From: Enterococcus phage AS-M1_NWU
Sequence record: OR506460.1
Reading direction: 5' to 3' (one strand)
Length of the DNA: 58,683 nucleotides
Part shown: positions 18,473-29,100 of the stretch, piece by piece
Layout of the letters: every line of letters starts with the position of its first letter
Numbering within the stretch: position 1 is the stretch's first letter
Translations under genes and position numbers: made by a program
The notes under the pieces: model-generated
Seen by the model: only the letters and a program-made list of their open reading frames with translations
The model's database searches: none
What the model was told of the DNA's origin: nothing

Positions 18473-20438
18473 ATATCATCTTACACACGATCCTAACGCG
18501 ATGTCTCTGCGGTGGGTGTGGCATGTGATATAACGAAGAATCGACGCGCACAACATTTTGATACACGGACGTAGACTTTATGTCGGAAAGAACTGAGTCT
18601 TTATCCGGGTACTCAGCTACCATTGCCAGCGAAGATGAAACCTGAGCGGAATTAATTCGCGAATAAACCGTACTTTTATCAGGATATCTGGCCGAGAACG
18701 CAACGTTAGCCGAAGTTTGTGTCGTCAACGATAAGGAGTTTAGCGTATTTGCGGGCAAATAGTTAGCCTTACACGCGATATTTTGCGTTACTAATCCCGT
18801 GAAATCATACATTAAAAACGATTTCACCGGAGGGTAGTCAACCGAGTTAGCGATATTAAATGCTACTAAGTCCGTTTGGCCAACCGTCATCGGTAGTCGA
18901 ATATCAGGGTACGATGCCGTTACCGCGATATTTTTAGCTAAACTACCCGTTTCGACTCGACTCTGAGGTTCTTCCGTAGACGGGAACGAACTCGTCACCA
19001 TGGTGTGTTGGGCTAGGCCCGAAATAAAGTCGCCATTCTTCGCCATGTCTTCCGGGGTTGGCATAGGAGATTTTATCCCGGAAACAATAGATAGCGAGGC
19101 TATGTCTTCCGGTGATATCGGCATACCATCGTCACGTTTCATCGCCGTAGATGTAACGTATTGAGTAACATGGTTTCCTTTCTCCAGTTCTACCACGTTA
19201 TCAAGAGGTGGGTAAAACCGTTTAGGCGCAGTCATCAACGTCAGGATCGGTACGGAATACGTTTCTGTGTAACTGTCTTTGTGAGCCGGCCCGAAGTCCG
19301 ATTCTAGTAACATCGCCACCGTAGCAGACCCTACCGCATTTAAAACGAAGTACGACTCTAGCGGAGGTTGTGGGCTGTCTTGTATGGCCAAAATATTAAC
19401 TGACGGTGAAGATATATCTGACCAACTCCACGTTGCGTCGACCCCAATCGCTGATAATGACACAACGGAACTAACGTCCTCCGGGGAGATCGGTAGTTCA
19501 TCAATGACCGACTCCACTTGAGACAATAAAACTTGGCCGACATCAGTATCGGATTGCGGATATACATAATCCGATGACAGAATCGCTTGAGTGAAAACCT
19601 GAGACGATTTCTCCACTCCGACGGTCGGATCATCGTCCACCGGTATTGACGCTAGGCTGACAATCTGAGGGACATTTTCAACCCCCACTCGTGCCGGAGG
19701 TGTAGACGGGTACGACGACAATTGAACGACGCTACCGGAAGACGTGAAAGAGTTAGGGAGACCGAACAAATCCGTCGGAACCGATGCTAAATGTGTTACC
19801 GTTCCGACGTCCGCCGGTCTTGTCTCCCATTTCACAGGAGATGAGTAGGAAACCAACGATACAACGCTAGGAGAGTCAACCCCGGATCTCGGGATATATT
19901 CGATATCCAAAGACTGACAAACGAGCATAACCTCGGAACCCACCCCCGTGTTCGACCACACATCGGCCGGTCGGAGTTGCGGTAGCCCTTGGTTTACGAG
20001 GTGGACGTTTTGCCCGATAAACTTCATGGACGTAGTGTCGTATTCCGTACCAACGACTACTAGTTGCGTAAAAGACTTCACATCAAGTTTAGAGATCGGC
20101 AACGCTTCAACCCACGAATAGGTCGCGGTATTTATTACCTCACCAATGATATTGTTTGAAATCTCAAACTGGTACGACGTGTCGTAGACAACTTGGTTTA
20201 GCGCTTGTGGGACAGTAATTACCGTTCTTGCGGTAGAGTCGGTGCTATATACGATGTTAGAAGTAACAGACCTAACACGAATAGGTGAAATTTGGTAGAC
20301 CACGTTTCGATGTTGCGACCGAAAACGCAGTCTCGAGGATAACTGATATAGAACATTCCGGTGGGTAGACCTTGCCCTAAAGTCAGGCAAGATCTGATAA
20401 ACGACAGCCCGCGAAGTGTTCCTTGCGTTGACTGCCAT
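18453..20438 (-). CDS. tail fibre/spike protein with internal sequence repeats
   Basis: 661 aa; N-terminal R..RNV(V/L)YQ(I/L) repeats x3; C-terminal YPDK/YPDIR/YLPAN repeats; Ser/Thr-rich. Confidence 0.5.
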   Translation of the reverse strand: MAVNARNTSRAVVYQILPDFRARSTHRNVLYQLSSRLRFRSQHRNVVYQISPIRVRSVTSNIVYSTDSTARTVITVPQALNQVVYDTSYQFEISNNIIGEVINTATYSWVEALPISKLDVKSFTQLVVVGTEYDTTSMKFIGQNVHLVNQGLPQLRPADVWSNTGVGSEVMLVCQSLDIEYIPRSGVDSPSVVSLVSYSSPVKWETRPADVGTVTHLASVPTDLFGLPNSFTSSGSVVQLSSYPSTPPARVGVENVPQIVSLASIPVDDDPTVGVEKSSQVFTQAILSSDYVYPQSDTDVGQVLLSQVESVIDELPISPEDVSSVVSLSAIGVDATWSWSDISSPSVNILAIQDSPQPPLESYFVLNAVGSATVAMLLESDFGPAHKDSYTETYSVPILTLMTAPKRFYPPLDNVVELEKGNHVTQYVTSTAMKRDDGMPISPEDIASLSIVSGIKSPMPTPEDMAKNGDFISGLAQHTMVTSSFPSTEEPQSRVETGSLAKNIAVTASYPDIRLPMTVGQTDLVAFNIANSVDYPPVKSFLMYDFTGLVTQNIACKANYLPANTLNSLSLTTQTSANVAFSARYPDKSTVYSRINSAQVSSSLAMVAEYPDKDSVLSDIKSTSVYQNVVRVDSSLYHMPHPPQRHRVRIVCKMIYGYKNR

Positions 20439-20441
20439 GGA

Positions 20442-22064
20442 TTACTCCTCTTTCACCTTAAACCCGAATGGTTTTTCCGCAACTTCACTAGGTGATATCG
20501 GGGTAGGCATCTCTACCGTGTGGACAACCGTAGAGTAGTTAGCCCCAGTAGAAGACGATAAAGGTACTTCACCGACCTCTTTGCCGTCGAAAGTAGATAC
20601 GATAGTTCCGTCGGAGGATTCTGCTCTCGCCACTGTTTTTAGTTGGACTGCTAGAACCGTACCGGCGAAATCGGGCATAGAACTTCCGTCCGTTTTGTAC
20701 TCGTCGGAATCCCCGATAGTCCCTGATAGTTCGGACGAAGTTTCGGGAGTATTCACTTTCATCGGTCTTCCAACTACACTAGCGTTCGATGAGGCCCCAT
20801 CGGGTCTCGTAAACGAGGTTTTTATGTCTGTATTCGGGCTTTCGCCCCAAACTCTGGTAGTAGGGCCGAAAGCATAATTAGCATGGTCAGATTGAGGGTA
20901 TGTACCGAACACAATATCACTTATCATCATCGGGCCACATTCTTCTGTCATATTTGGATAGAACCAAGAGGTAGAATTCGACCCACCTGACCAGTGACTC
21001 ATCTGGAAATTAAACTGGAAAGCACCGAGATAATCTCGATCACGCCGGTCGGAGTCGGCTAAATCCCCGGTGTTAGGCACGGAGAAATCCGTATTAGTAA
21101 CCCCACCGTAGTTCTTAACCGTGACACCGTCAATAATCACCATACTCATAGGACGCGTTGTGCGGTTATCTCCGTTCTTCATGAGTTTTATTTCTATGTG
21201 GTAATCCCTGTCCACCTCAAACTTAAAAAAGTCACCATCAAGCCCGGGAGAAGTATAGTTAGGTACCGTTAATTTCGAGGCCGAAGCCCCCGGGTCAAGG
21301 TAAACCCAAGGTAGGCCGTCTTTAGGAGTATAACATTCGTTTGGTTGCTGGGTGCTACTACTAAGGTTCAACACTTGCGAGCTTCCGAAAATAACGTAGC
21401 TAGCCAAGAACCCGGGAACCATATATGTTATCCCGTAGTTAGTCCAAGCGCTCCCCGGCGGTTTTACCCGAACACTCGGATACCCGACAGAAAAATACCA
21501 CGCCAGTTGAGCGCCACTTCGGTGTGAGAACCTACGGGCAAAACGAACTACGAACGAAATACTCGCCGTGTCGTCTTCTCCTACCCCAGACAACGGATTA
21601 TTGTACCTCAAAGAAAAACTATTAACGGCCCCCCACCACTGTGTAGACCCTTGGAACGGTAAAGGTCGGCCAGCTAATTTCTTCCCGGGGAATCTAAAAC
21701 GTTTCCGACCAGGCCTTGTGGGGCAAGGAACAATCGAAAAACCCACCGGCGCAACTTGATTGGATAACGCCGTAGACGATAGCGGATACCCAAACGGGTG
21801 TGATGCACTCCATTGGAAATTATTAGGAGAGGAAGACCCATCAGAACGGAATGCGTAAAGCATCACCCCACAATTCCCTCCGTTAACAAGACCTCTACCG
21901 TTAACCGTCAGTAACGGGATCTTAGAAACGTCCAATTGGCCATTAGGCACATACATATCGTCCGGAATCCACGAATTGTCGTTGTAGCCCCCGTTCATTA
22001 TGGGGTAGGTAGCTACGTCAAGGTGCTGGAAAGATTCGGTGAATATTACTTTAGGTATTGCCAC
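20442..22064 (-). CDS. tail fibre / receptor-binding protein
   Basis: 540 aa, Gly/Ser/Asn-rich, between fibre genes. Confidence 0.45.
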   Translation of the reverse strand: MAIPKVIFTESFQHLDVATYPIMNGGYNDNSWIPDDMYVPNGQLDVSKIPLLTVNGRGLVNGGNCGVMLYAFRSDGSSSPNNFQWSASHPFGYPLSSTALSNQVAPVGFSIVPCPTRPGRKRFRFPGKKLAGRPLPFQGSTQWWGAVNSFSLRYNNPLSGVGEDDTASISFVVRFARRFSHRSGAQLAWYFSVGYPSVRVKPPGSAWTNYGITYMVPGFLASYVIFGSSQVLNLSSSTQQPNECYTPKDGLPWVYLDPGASASKLTVPNYTSPGLDGDFFKFEVDRDYHIEIKLMKNGDNRTTRPMSMVIIDGVTVKNYGGVTNTDFSVPNTGDLADSDRRDRDYLGAFQFNFQMSHWSGGSNSTSWFYPNMTEECGPMMISDIVFGTYPQSDHANYAFGPTTRVWGESPNTDIKTSFTRPDGASSNASVVGRPMKVNTPETSSELSGTIGDSDEYKTDGSSMPDFAGTVLAVQLKTVARAESSDGTIVSTFDGKEVGEVPLSSSTGANYSTVVHTVEMPTPISPSEVAEKPFGFKVKEE

Positions 22065-22073
22065 AATCTCCCC

Positions 22074-23090
22074 CTATCGAGTCACGATGCCGAACTGCAA
22101 TGCTTCGACAGCGCCTTTATTCCAGTCGGTATTACCCGGAGTTTGTTCGTGGGTAACTTGGTAATATTTATAGTCTTCGGTCAAAGGCACTTGGACTTCT
22201 TTCTCAGAACCCCCGTCCGTCTGGATCACCATACCGAGTTTACGGTCGTCTAAGTCCCCTTTACGGGCATACGCAATCACCGACACGCCGAAAACCTTAT
22301 TGTTAGTCGGGAGTATCGTATTAGAACGGAAAATGTCTTTAGCTCCAGACTTGTTAGACTGTAAATACGGTGCGTTAGGTCTTCCCGGCTCCAGTTGGGA
22401 GGCAACTTGGTAATGATTTTCGTTCGTACCATTAACGATCTCCCATTCGGTCGTAACATCAGAAGTAGGAGCGCGGGTAGCAACCTCAATCGGCCCTAGG
22501 CGGGAAGTGTTTACCGACCCCGAATCGTCCATAGCGTAAAAATCATCTAGGTACTGGATACCAGCATTGGGCGCTGTACCCACTTGCCCCCATACCAGAA
22601 CGAGTTTTTCAGGCCAAGAAGTAGTAAGGGTCGCCTCGATTTGCTTTTCGTTATTAACCCACACGGTTACTTTCTTAGCGGACTTATCAAGTTCTATCTC
22701 GAAAAAATACCACGCATTAAGGATCAGCGGGTTTACCCCTTTTTGGCCATCAATTTCTAGCTTACCGTCTTCGCTATTCCACTCCACGTCGACCAAGTTC
22801 TCAACCCGACATACTCGCATACGAGAACCATTGGCTTTCATCGCGAAACCGAAACACGCGTAGTTTCCGGCCGGAGTGAACCCCCATGATAGCGACGCAT
22901 TGGTTGAGGAGTTACGTTCTACGGTAAATTTGAGGCTCTTAGCGCCATCACGACGACCTAGGTCAATCTGGAACGTATCGTCAGTAGCATTTCGGATATC
23001 ATACCCGGCTGCTTTTAAGTACGGCTCGACTACGGAACCTTTCTTGCCGATATCTGCGTAGTGGTCGAAACCGTCTTGATGTTTTAACAT
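22074..23090 (-). CDS. tandem paralog 3 (338 aa) of a three-member divergent family; putative peripheral tail/receptor-binding protein
   Basis: shares W(Y/F)(Y/F)xE(V/I), DD(L/I/F)(Y/V/F)xxDxxxxxxR(L/V)GPI(E/T)(V/I)xTRxPTxDVxxxW and C-terminal FG(I/V)(V/T) motifs with 23103..24092 and 24097..25017. Confidence 0.5.
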   Translation of the reverse strand: MLKHQDGFDHYADIGKKGSVVEPYLKAAGYDIRNATDDTFQIDLGRRDGAKSLKFTVERNSSTNASLSWGFTPAGNYACFGFAMKANGSRMRVCRVENLVDVEWNSEDGKLEIDGQKGVNPLILNAWYFFEIELDKSAKKVTVWVNNEKQIEATLTTSWPEKLVLVWGQVGTAPNAGIQYLDDFYAMDDSGSVNTSRLGPIEVATRAPTSDVTTEWEIVNGTNENHYQVASQLEPGRPNAPYLQSNKSGAKDIFRSNTILPTNNKVFGVSVIAYARKGDLDDRKLGMVIQTDGGSEKEVQVPLTEDYKYYQVTHEQTPGNTDWNKGAVEALQFGIVTR

Positions 23091-23102
23091 GAGGTGCCCC
23101 TT

Positions 23103-24092
23103 TTATGGTCTAATAACTACACCGAACGGAGTTTCAGGGATATTATCGCGATCCCAATTAGCGCCGAGCGGAGAATTTTCGAATACAGCATAACTTATTT
23201 TGTCAGTCAAGGTAAGTTTTTCATCTACCTTTTCCGATTGTTTGTCTTTCTCGCCAACCACCAACCCGAGTTGTCTATTATCTACGTCAGATTTTCGGTT
23301 GATCGCAGTGACACTCACGGCCAAGATGTCGCCTTTAGCGTCGAGCGGGATTTCACTTTTGAAAGTATCCATGGCGCCGGAGACGTTAGACTGGATATAT
23401 TCGTCCTCTTTCGGAGGGCGATTACTGACAAGAGACCAATGGTTATCGCCTTTCGATGGCGACCATTCGCTCACCACGTCCACCGTCGGCATTCGGGTGA
23501 GTATTTCAATCGGGCCAACTCGGTCAACGTATTTGCCAGCTTGCGCATCGATAAAAACGATATCATCTAATTTTTTACCGCCCGAACCGCCCGGCCATTC
23601 GCATTTGTAGTCAGTCATGAAACGAACGCTATCCGGTAATTGCCCGGCTAAGTCCGCACCGTTGTTAATGAAAACTTGGAAAGTATTTGTTTCTTTGTTG
23701 ATGACGATCTCGAAATAATACCAGATACCTAGGAGCAAGATAGCTTGACCCGTAACACCGGCCAAGGAGACTTTACCATTGTCGCGGTTCCAAGCGAGCA
23801 CCCCAAAACCGGGAATACGGATAATATCGTCCCGCACTTTGTCCGCACAATACGCAAAACCGATAACCACGCGGTTAGTCTCTGAGTTAAAAAGTCGAGA
23901 CAGTGTTGCCGGGCTTGCTGCGTTTTCGTTTACATCACCTAGGTATAAGCATCGGGTTTCTGTATTACGCCCCTCCGCAATACGGATCGGTGGTACTGCG
24001 TTGTATCCCGAGTTGTTGAGTAAATTTACCATCTTATCCGACGGCATATCTTTTAGTTGGTCGAAACCGTCCATAAATTGCATCATAATCAA
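23103..24092 (-). CDS. tandem paralog 2 (329 aa)
   Basis: see paralog motifs; ~25-30% identity by eye. Confidence 0.5.
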   Translation of the reverse strand: MIMMQFMDGFDQLKDMPSDKMVNLLNNSGYNAVPPIRIAEGRNTETRCLYLGDVNENAASPATLSRLFNSETNRVVIGFAYCADKVRDDIIRIPGFGVLAWNRDNGKVSLAGVTGQAILLLGIWYYFEIVINKETNTFQVFINNGADLAGQLPDSVRFMTDYKCEWPGGSGGKKLDDIVFIDAQAGKYVDRVGPIEILTRMPTVDVVSEWSPSKGDNHWSLVSNRPPKEDEYIQSNVSGAMDTFKSEIPLDAKGDILAVSVTAINRKSDVDNRQLGLVVGEKDKQSEKVDEKLTLTDKISYAVFENSPLGANWDRDNIPETPFGVVIRP

Positions 24093-24096
24093 GCCC

Positions 24097-25017
24097 TTAC
24101 GCTTTTAGAGTTATTCCGAAAGTTGAGTCCGGTATTACGTGCTCCGGGAGCACTCCAAGTTCTGAGTAACGATATTCCCAATCACGAGGTAACGTAGCTT
24201 CGTTTTTAACTAGCTCGTTTGTGAACACATCTACGCTAACAGGATCTACGGTGGCTTTTCGGAGGAGTGTTATTACCGAAACACCTTTTACTTCTGTCTC
24301 CTCCGATAGCACGGTTTCCGAGGTGAAAGAATCCGTAGCACCATTCGTTCCCGTATAGATGAACCGGTCAACTAAGTTCGGTAGTGCGGGAGCTACGACC
24401 TCATGGTGAGATTCCCCACCGGAAACACCCCAATCTTTCGATACGTCTTTCGTCGGAACGCGAGTGGTGACGGTGATAGGCCCGACTCTCGTAGTGTCGG
24501 CATAATACAAGTCATCGAAGCGAATGTCCGCGAAATCCGACTCGTCGAAGTCCCGCAATGTTATTGTGAGCGTGTCTGCCGTCGCTACACCATCTGGTAT
24601 CGAGACCGTAATGTCTTTTTTACCGTTGATATAGACGTCGGCCGTCTTTGCGTCTTTGTTTACTTCCACTTCTAGATAGTACCAGTTGTTACGCAATGGG
24701 ATAACGTAACCTGACTCTCCCTCGGACTGTAATAACCCTGTGGTCTGGTCTACGCCAATTTTAAGCGTACTATCCCCGCCTGAGATGCCTACGAGATTTC
24801 CTCTCGTGGTCATATTGAACGCGAAACCTACGGTAAAATTGCCGGTATCCGATGGGAAATCTCGGGATATTCTACCTCGGCCGAGTAGGACGCTTGCGCC
24901 GTTCTTACGTCCTGCGCCGAAGCCGAAAGACCCCGAAACGGTATACCCGGCTCTACGCATGAAAGCCGGGGAATCCCCATCGAAGGCGAACTGTTCGAAC
25001 CCCTCGAAGAAAAACAT
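24097..25017 (-). CDS. tandem paralog 1 (306 aa)
   Basis: see paralog motifs. Confidence 0.5.
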   Translation of the reverse strand: MFFFEGFEQFAFDGDSPAFMRRAGYTVSGSFGFGAGRKNGASVLLGRGRISRDFPSDTGNFTVGFAFNMTTRGNLVGISGGDSTLKIGVDQTTGLLQSEGESGYVIPLRNNWYYLEVEVNKDAKTADVYINGKKDITVSIPDGVATADTLTITLRDFDESDFADIRFDDLYYADTTRVGPITVTTRVPTKDVSKDWGVSGGESHHEVVAPALPNLVDRFIYTGTNGATDSFTSETVLSEETEVKGVSVITLLRKATVDPVSVDVFTNELVKNEATLPRDWEYRYSELGVLPEHVIPDSTFGITLKA

Positions 25018-25760
25018 TAAGCCCCCTGAATCATTAATCTAATAATAAAGCCGAAGTTAACGGCCGAGTCGATTGTATCAACCGGAGCTAAGATTGTCAG
25101 CCTGTCACCTTTGAAAAATCTCACGGCAACGCTACCAGACGTCACGAAAGTGGCGTTATATTGCCCCCGATCGACAGTGAATGTGCCGACAGTTTGGTTA
25201 TTTCTCTGCACAGTGAACTTAGCTTTATCGAGAAAAGCACTACGGGCGTCGAATTGAGATTGTGCCATGTTAGCCGGTAGATACATATTGTCGATAATTG
25301 GCAAGTGTACGAGCACTTCCGATGGATACATCTTCTCCGAAATAGTCGCGGATACATCAAACGCCATAGGTACAACATCGGGAGATGGGTTAGGGTCGAT
25401 CGGGTCAACCCCGGTATTCTCGATGCGCCATGTCTCACCGTCCCACCAGATAAACTCATTGGTCGGGTCTAAGAATGCCCTCCACCCACGTTTAGGCTCG
25501 ATGAATTGCCACACGCCGTCGATCAATACGGCCAGTTTTCTTTCTTGGCCAACCCAAGGGCCGGTCGGGTTTTTATAGATAAAATAGGTGTCGCCGTTTT
25601 TAGCGTCAGCCGGTGGCGCACTAAACGTGATAGATTGTAGGCGTAGAAACGTAACAGTATCTAAGGTGGTTAGCGTCTCGTTCATTGGGCCACCCCAAAA
25701 ATCCTCGCCTCTCACCCAACCATAGGAAAGCCCCATGTTAGGGGCAATTTTCATTGGCAT
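25017..25760 (-). CDS. tail-associated protein (247 aa), coupled downstream of J-like gene
   Basis: ATG overlaps stop of Pro-rich frame (TAATG); W/G-rich N-terminus. Confidence 0.45.
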   Translation of the reverse strand: MPMKIAPNMGLSYGWVRGEDFWGGPMNETLTTLDTVTFLRLQSITFSAPPADAKNGDTYFIYKNPTGPWVGQERKLAVLIDGVWQFIEPKRGWRAFLDPTNEFIWWDGETWRIENTGVDPIDPNPSPDVVPMAFDVSATISEKMYPSEVLVHLPIIDNMYLPANMAQSQFDARSAFLDKAKFTVQRNNQTVGTFTVDRGQYNATFVTSGSVAVRFFKGDRLTILAPVDTIDSAVNFGFIIRLMIQGA

Positions 25761-26152
25761 TATTCAGTATCCTCTTTGACGTCTTGGTCTGGTAGTCGTT
25801 CCGCCCAATCATGATCCCACTTGTTTGACCAACCGGCAACAACCAACGGTGGCGGAGGCTCAACCGGATCAGGGTCAGGGTTGCCCGGATTAGGTTCTGG
25901 ATCAGGGTTGCCCGGGTCGGGGTCGGGGTTCGGTCTATCAGGCTGACCCGGATCTGGATTGCCGGGGTTCGTACCACCTCCAGTCTGATCCGCCTCCACC
26001 AGTTTCGCCACCGCCAGTTCCCGGGTCAGGTCTTCCCGGATTGGGGTCAACATCTCGCTTGGCCGGAATTGAGGGTACTTTACACTGAGTATTATATCCT
26101 TGCCAGCTACTAAGCTCGTTTTCATCGACAGCGGATACCGTGATCGAAACAT
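25760..26152 (-). CDS. Pro/Asp-rich ORF (PNPDPDPGNPDPEP...) overlapping C-terminus of J-like gene in +1 frame; possible frameshifted C-terminal extension of J
   Basis: 130-aa frame open across J stop, terminates TAATG-coupled to next gene. Confidence 0.3.
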   Translation of the reverse strand: MFRSRYPLSMKTSLVAGKDIILSVKYPQFRPSEMLTPIREDLTRELAVAKLVEADQTGGGTNPGNPDPGQPDRPNPDPDPGNPDPEPNPGNPDPDPVEPPPPLVVAGWSNKWDHDWAERLPDQDVKEDTE

Positions 26153-29100
26153 AGACGTATCCGGTGGATTCCGTCAATATCCCTACTCGTCTACCGAACG
26201 CGTGTAAGTCTTCGGCCTTGATCGTCATACCTGCATCGCGAGTATAATACGTCCCCATGGTGATAGTAACTGTGCGATTGCTGTATCTAGGAGTATATCG
26301 TTTCCCGACCCACACTCGATACATTACGTCGCTTGGCCGTTGTTGCCCTACGTCAAGATGGTCTAACACGGTTTCACCTTGTCGAACTCGGTTACGGTGC
26401 GCCCATGTCATCACTAAGTCTTTGCCTTGCGGGTCATAGTAGTCAAAGTTATCGGCCAGTGCGTCCCACCCTTTGAAAAAGTGCTCTCCGTTTCCGAGCA
26501 AGAACCCCGGCGGATATGGCCTATCAGCGCGTAATTTTACTTCCAGTTGTTTATTCACCACGTCTTTAGGCTGGATTTCTGCTGCGAGAGAATGCGGTCT
26601 TACTGCAACCACGCAAGTCTGGCCGTCGTGATATTTACGTTGCCCGGAAGCTATTTGTTTGTCGACAAACCACACAACTTGACCTTTCCCATGAAGTGCG
26701 GGGATTGTATCAACACAACCACGGCCAACCGTAATACGTTTACCATCGATGCCCCGGATCACCATCGCTTCGACTCCGACGAAAATCACGTCGCCCGGCA
26801 TCGCGTCCTCAGTAGGAACCCCGTCAGAATCCGACGTAGCGTCGAGGATTATCTCATTATCAAGATATGAGATTGCCTTAGATAGAATTCCCCACGGCGT
26901 CCACGGTTGCGCCCCTTGGTTCACGTACTCTGTATCGTTCTTCTCTTTCTCGAATAAATCGTACCCGTCGGTTACACGGTCTGACGGTCTAGCTACCGTA
27001 GCGAAGAATTGTGAGGCGGACGGTTCGAACCCATGGCGTAGCAACATTAAGTAAGGGAACTCAAACAGTTGGCTATCTACGATAGGAACTAATTTGCCTT
27101 GTTGCGAAACCGGTTGTCGCACATAGCTAACATTCACGCCATCAGGTAGGCCCCCGCCACCGGAAGATAGATCTTCGCTCTCCTGTGCTACGGATTGGTT
27201 GACAAAACTAACCATGGCTTTTGCGTCTACGGCCGTCTCTCCGTCTTTATCTTCCGGGTCGATTTTATCGGACACCTGAGCGACAGATTGGTTTAAGAAA
27301 CTAACATACGCCATTTGAGGCGGTTTCTTGAAAACGGTGATCGGAATTAAGTAGTTTTGCCACGATTCGAACCCGTCGCGCATCGATTCCAATCGCAAGT
27401 ATCCAGCAACCGGATCTATGGCTGACGCTTCCACGTTCAAATCTAGGCTCGCTTGGCCGTAAGTGTAGACAAACTGTGTGCCGGTAATCCCGTTTTCTCT
27501 GCGGATTACTTCACCCTTAGCGTTTAGGATACTAATTCGGTATGTCGTTCCCGGCTCCGGCCCGATACTATCTTGCTCATGATAAATCGGCTTGTCTTGT
27601 TGCATCGGTCTATCTCGGTGCGCCCACGTTATCGTCAAGGCGTCAGGAACTTCGGCCTCTCCGACGTCCGCTCGTAAAACATGGCCATTAAACCAAGGTT
27701 TCGGTTCCGTGCTTTCCACTGAGGTGAGTTCTACTTTACCCGGAGCGTATGGGCGGTAGAATCGGTAATTGAAAGTCAGTTCATCTTCGGACACGTTAGA
27801 CTCGTCGAGAACCCCACCCGATAGCGTCCATGGGAGTATCTTCACCGATAAGGTTTCTCCCGCTTGTCGGGTTGTCAGGTCAAGCCCGCCACCTTGAACC
27901 ATATCCCACACTACGGAGCCAGCGGGGTGTTGGTGAGGTACGGTGTCGTACACTCCTCGACGTATTTCGACCAACCCGTCTTCCTCGATAGACTGGATCA
28001 TGATTATTTCTTGGTTGACGTAAAAAACGTCCCCGACTTCAATCAAGTCTTCATCTACCGGATCTTTCATTCGGATATAGCGGTCTAAATATCCAAGGTC
28101 AACCGGTAATTCGAATAGCGCAGTGAAATCCCCCGCACCTGTTTTCTCATACTTTCCAGTGGTCGGGTTTTGGACGTGCATCTCGAACGCCATCGTTACC
28201 GGTGAACCTTTTTCCGCCTGTGCCCGTAAATACCCGAAAGACGGCTTGATGGCCTCAAACTCTCCTAGTGGGAATAGGGACGACAATTCTGCGTATGTCG
28301 CTTCATAAACTAAACGTCTGGCCGGAACCGGGTTTAGGTTCGGTTTAGGGAAAGACGGGTCTTGAACACCCGTAAACGTGTTCAGGTCGAACGAGAACGT
28401 GTCTTGTACGCAAGATAATCGTATCTGACCATCGGATTGTTTGCTCTCCTCTGTGTCCGCTACACGCACGATTACGCTCTCAAGTCCGCGCGTCTTCGGG
28501 TCGGAAATCTTCAAAACGTCTCCCGGTTGTACTCGCCATGCTCGACGGTCACAAACTAGGGTGAACCGGCGGACGTTAGTAGACGCAACACGTAAGTCTC
28601 TCTCTGCGAGGATTGTTGCCAGTTTTGCGGTTGGCACCCCCTCATACGTGAATGTGTCACTTTTGATGGCGCCGGAAGTCTGGATTAATGCTAGGTTCTG
28701 CGCTCGCACTTGGCTTTCTTTACCGACGATCGGGTTGAACCATTTAACGACACATTCATTCATCAGGCCATGGATTGCGCCGTTAGTCGCCTCCTCGATT
28801 TGTAGTAGACCGCTCTCAAAACCGTACACCGGCAAGTTATCCGCATCGTAGTCATTACGAAGTAACTTGAGTTTGAAAGTACCGGTAAACTTATCGACGT
28901 ATAACACGCCTGAAATGTGGTTAAGTATATTCTGGATAAAAGACTCTAGGGTGTCTTGGCGTCTCCACGCAATACAGATCCCGAACCCCTCCTCGAACAA
29001 CGTATCGGCCACCTTTCGGAACTCCGAGTCAAACAGTAGGTCACGAGAGATACCTCGGCCCCAATCTCGGTTTGTCATACACTCGTAAATAACGTGAGCC

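Noticed and set aside
19358-19633. 91-aa alternate-frame ORF inside the fibre gene
   Set aside because: It is embedded in a larger well-supported ORF with no independent evidence.
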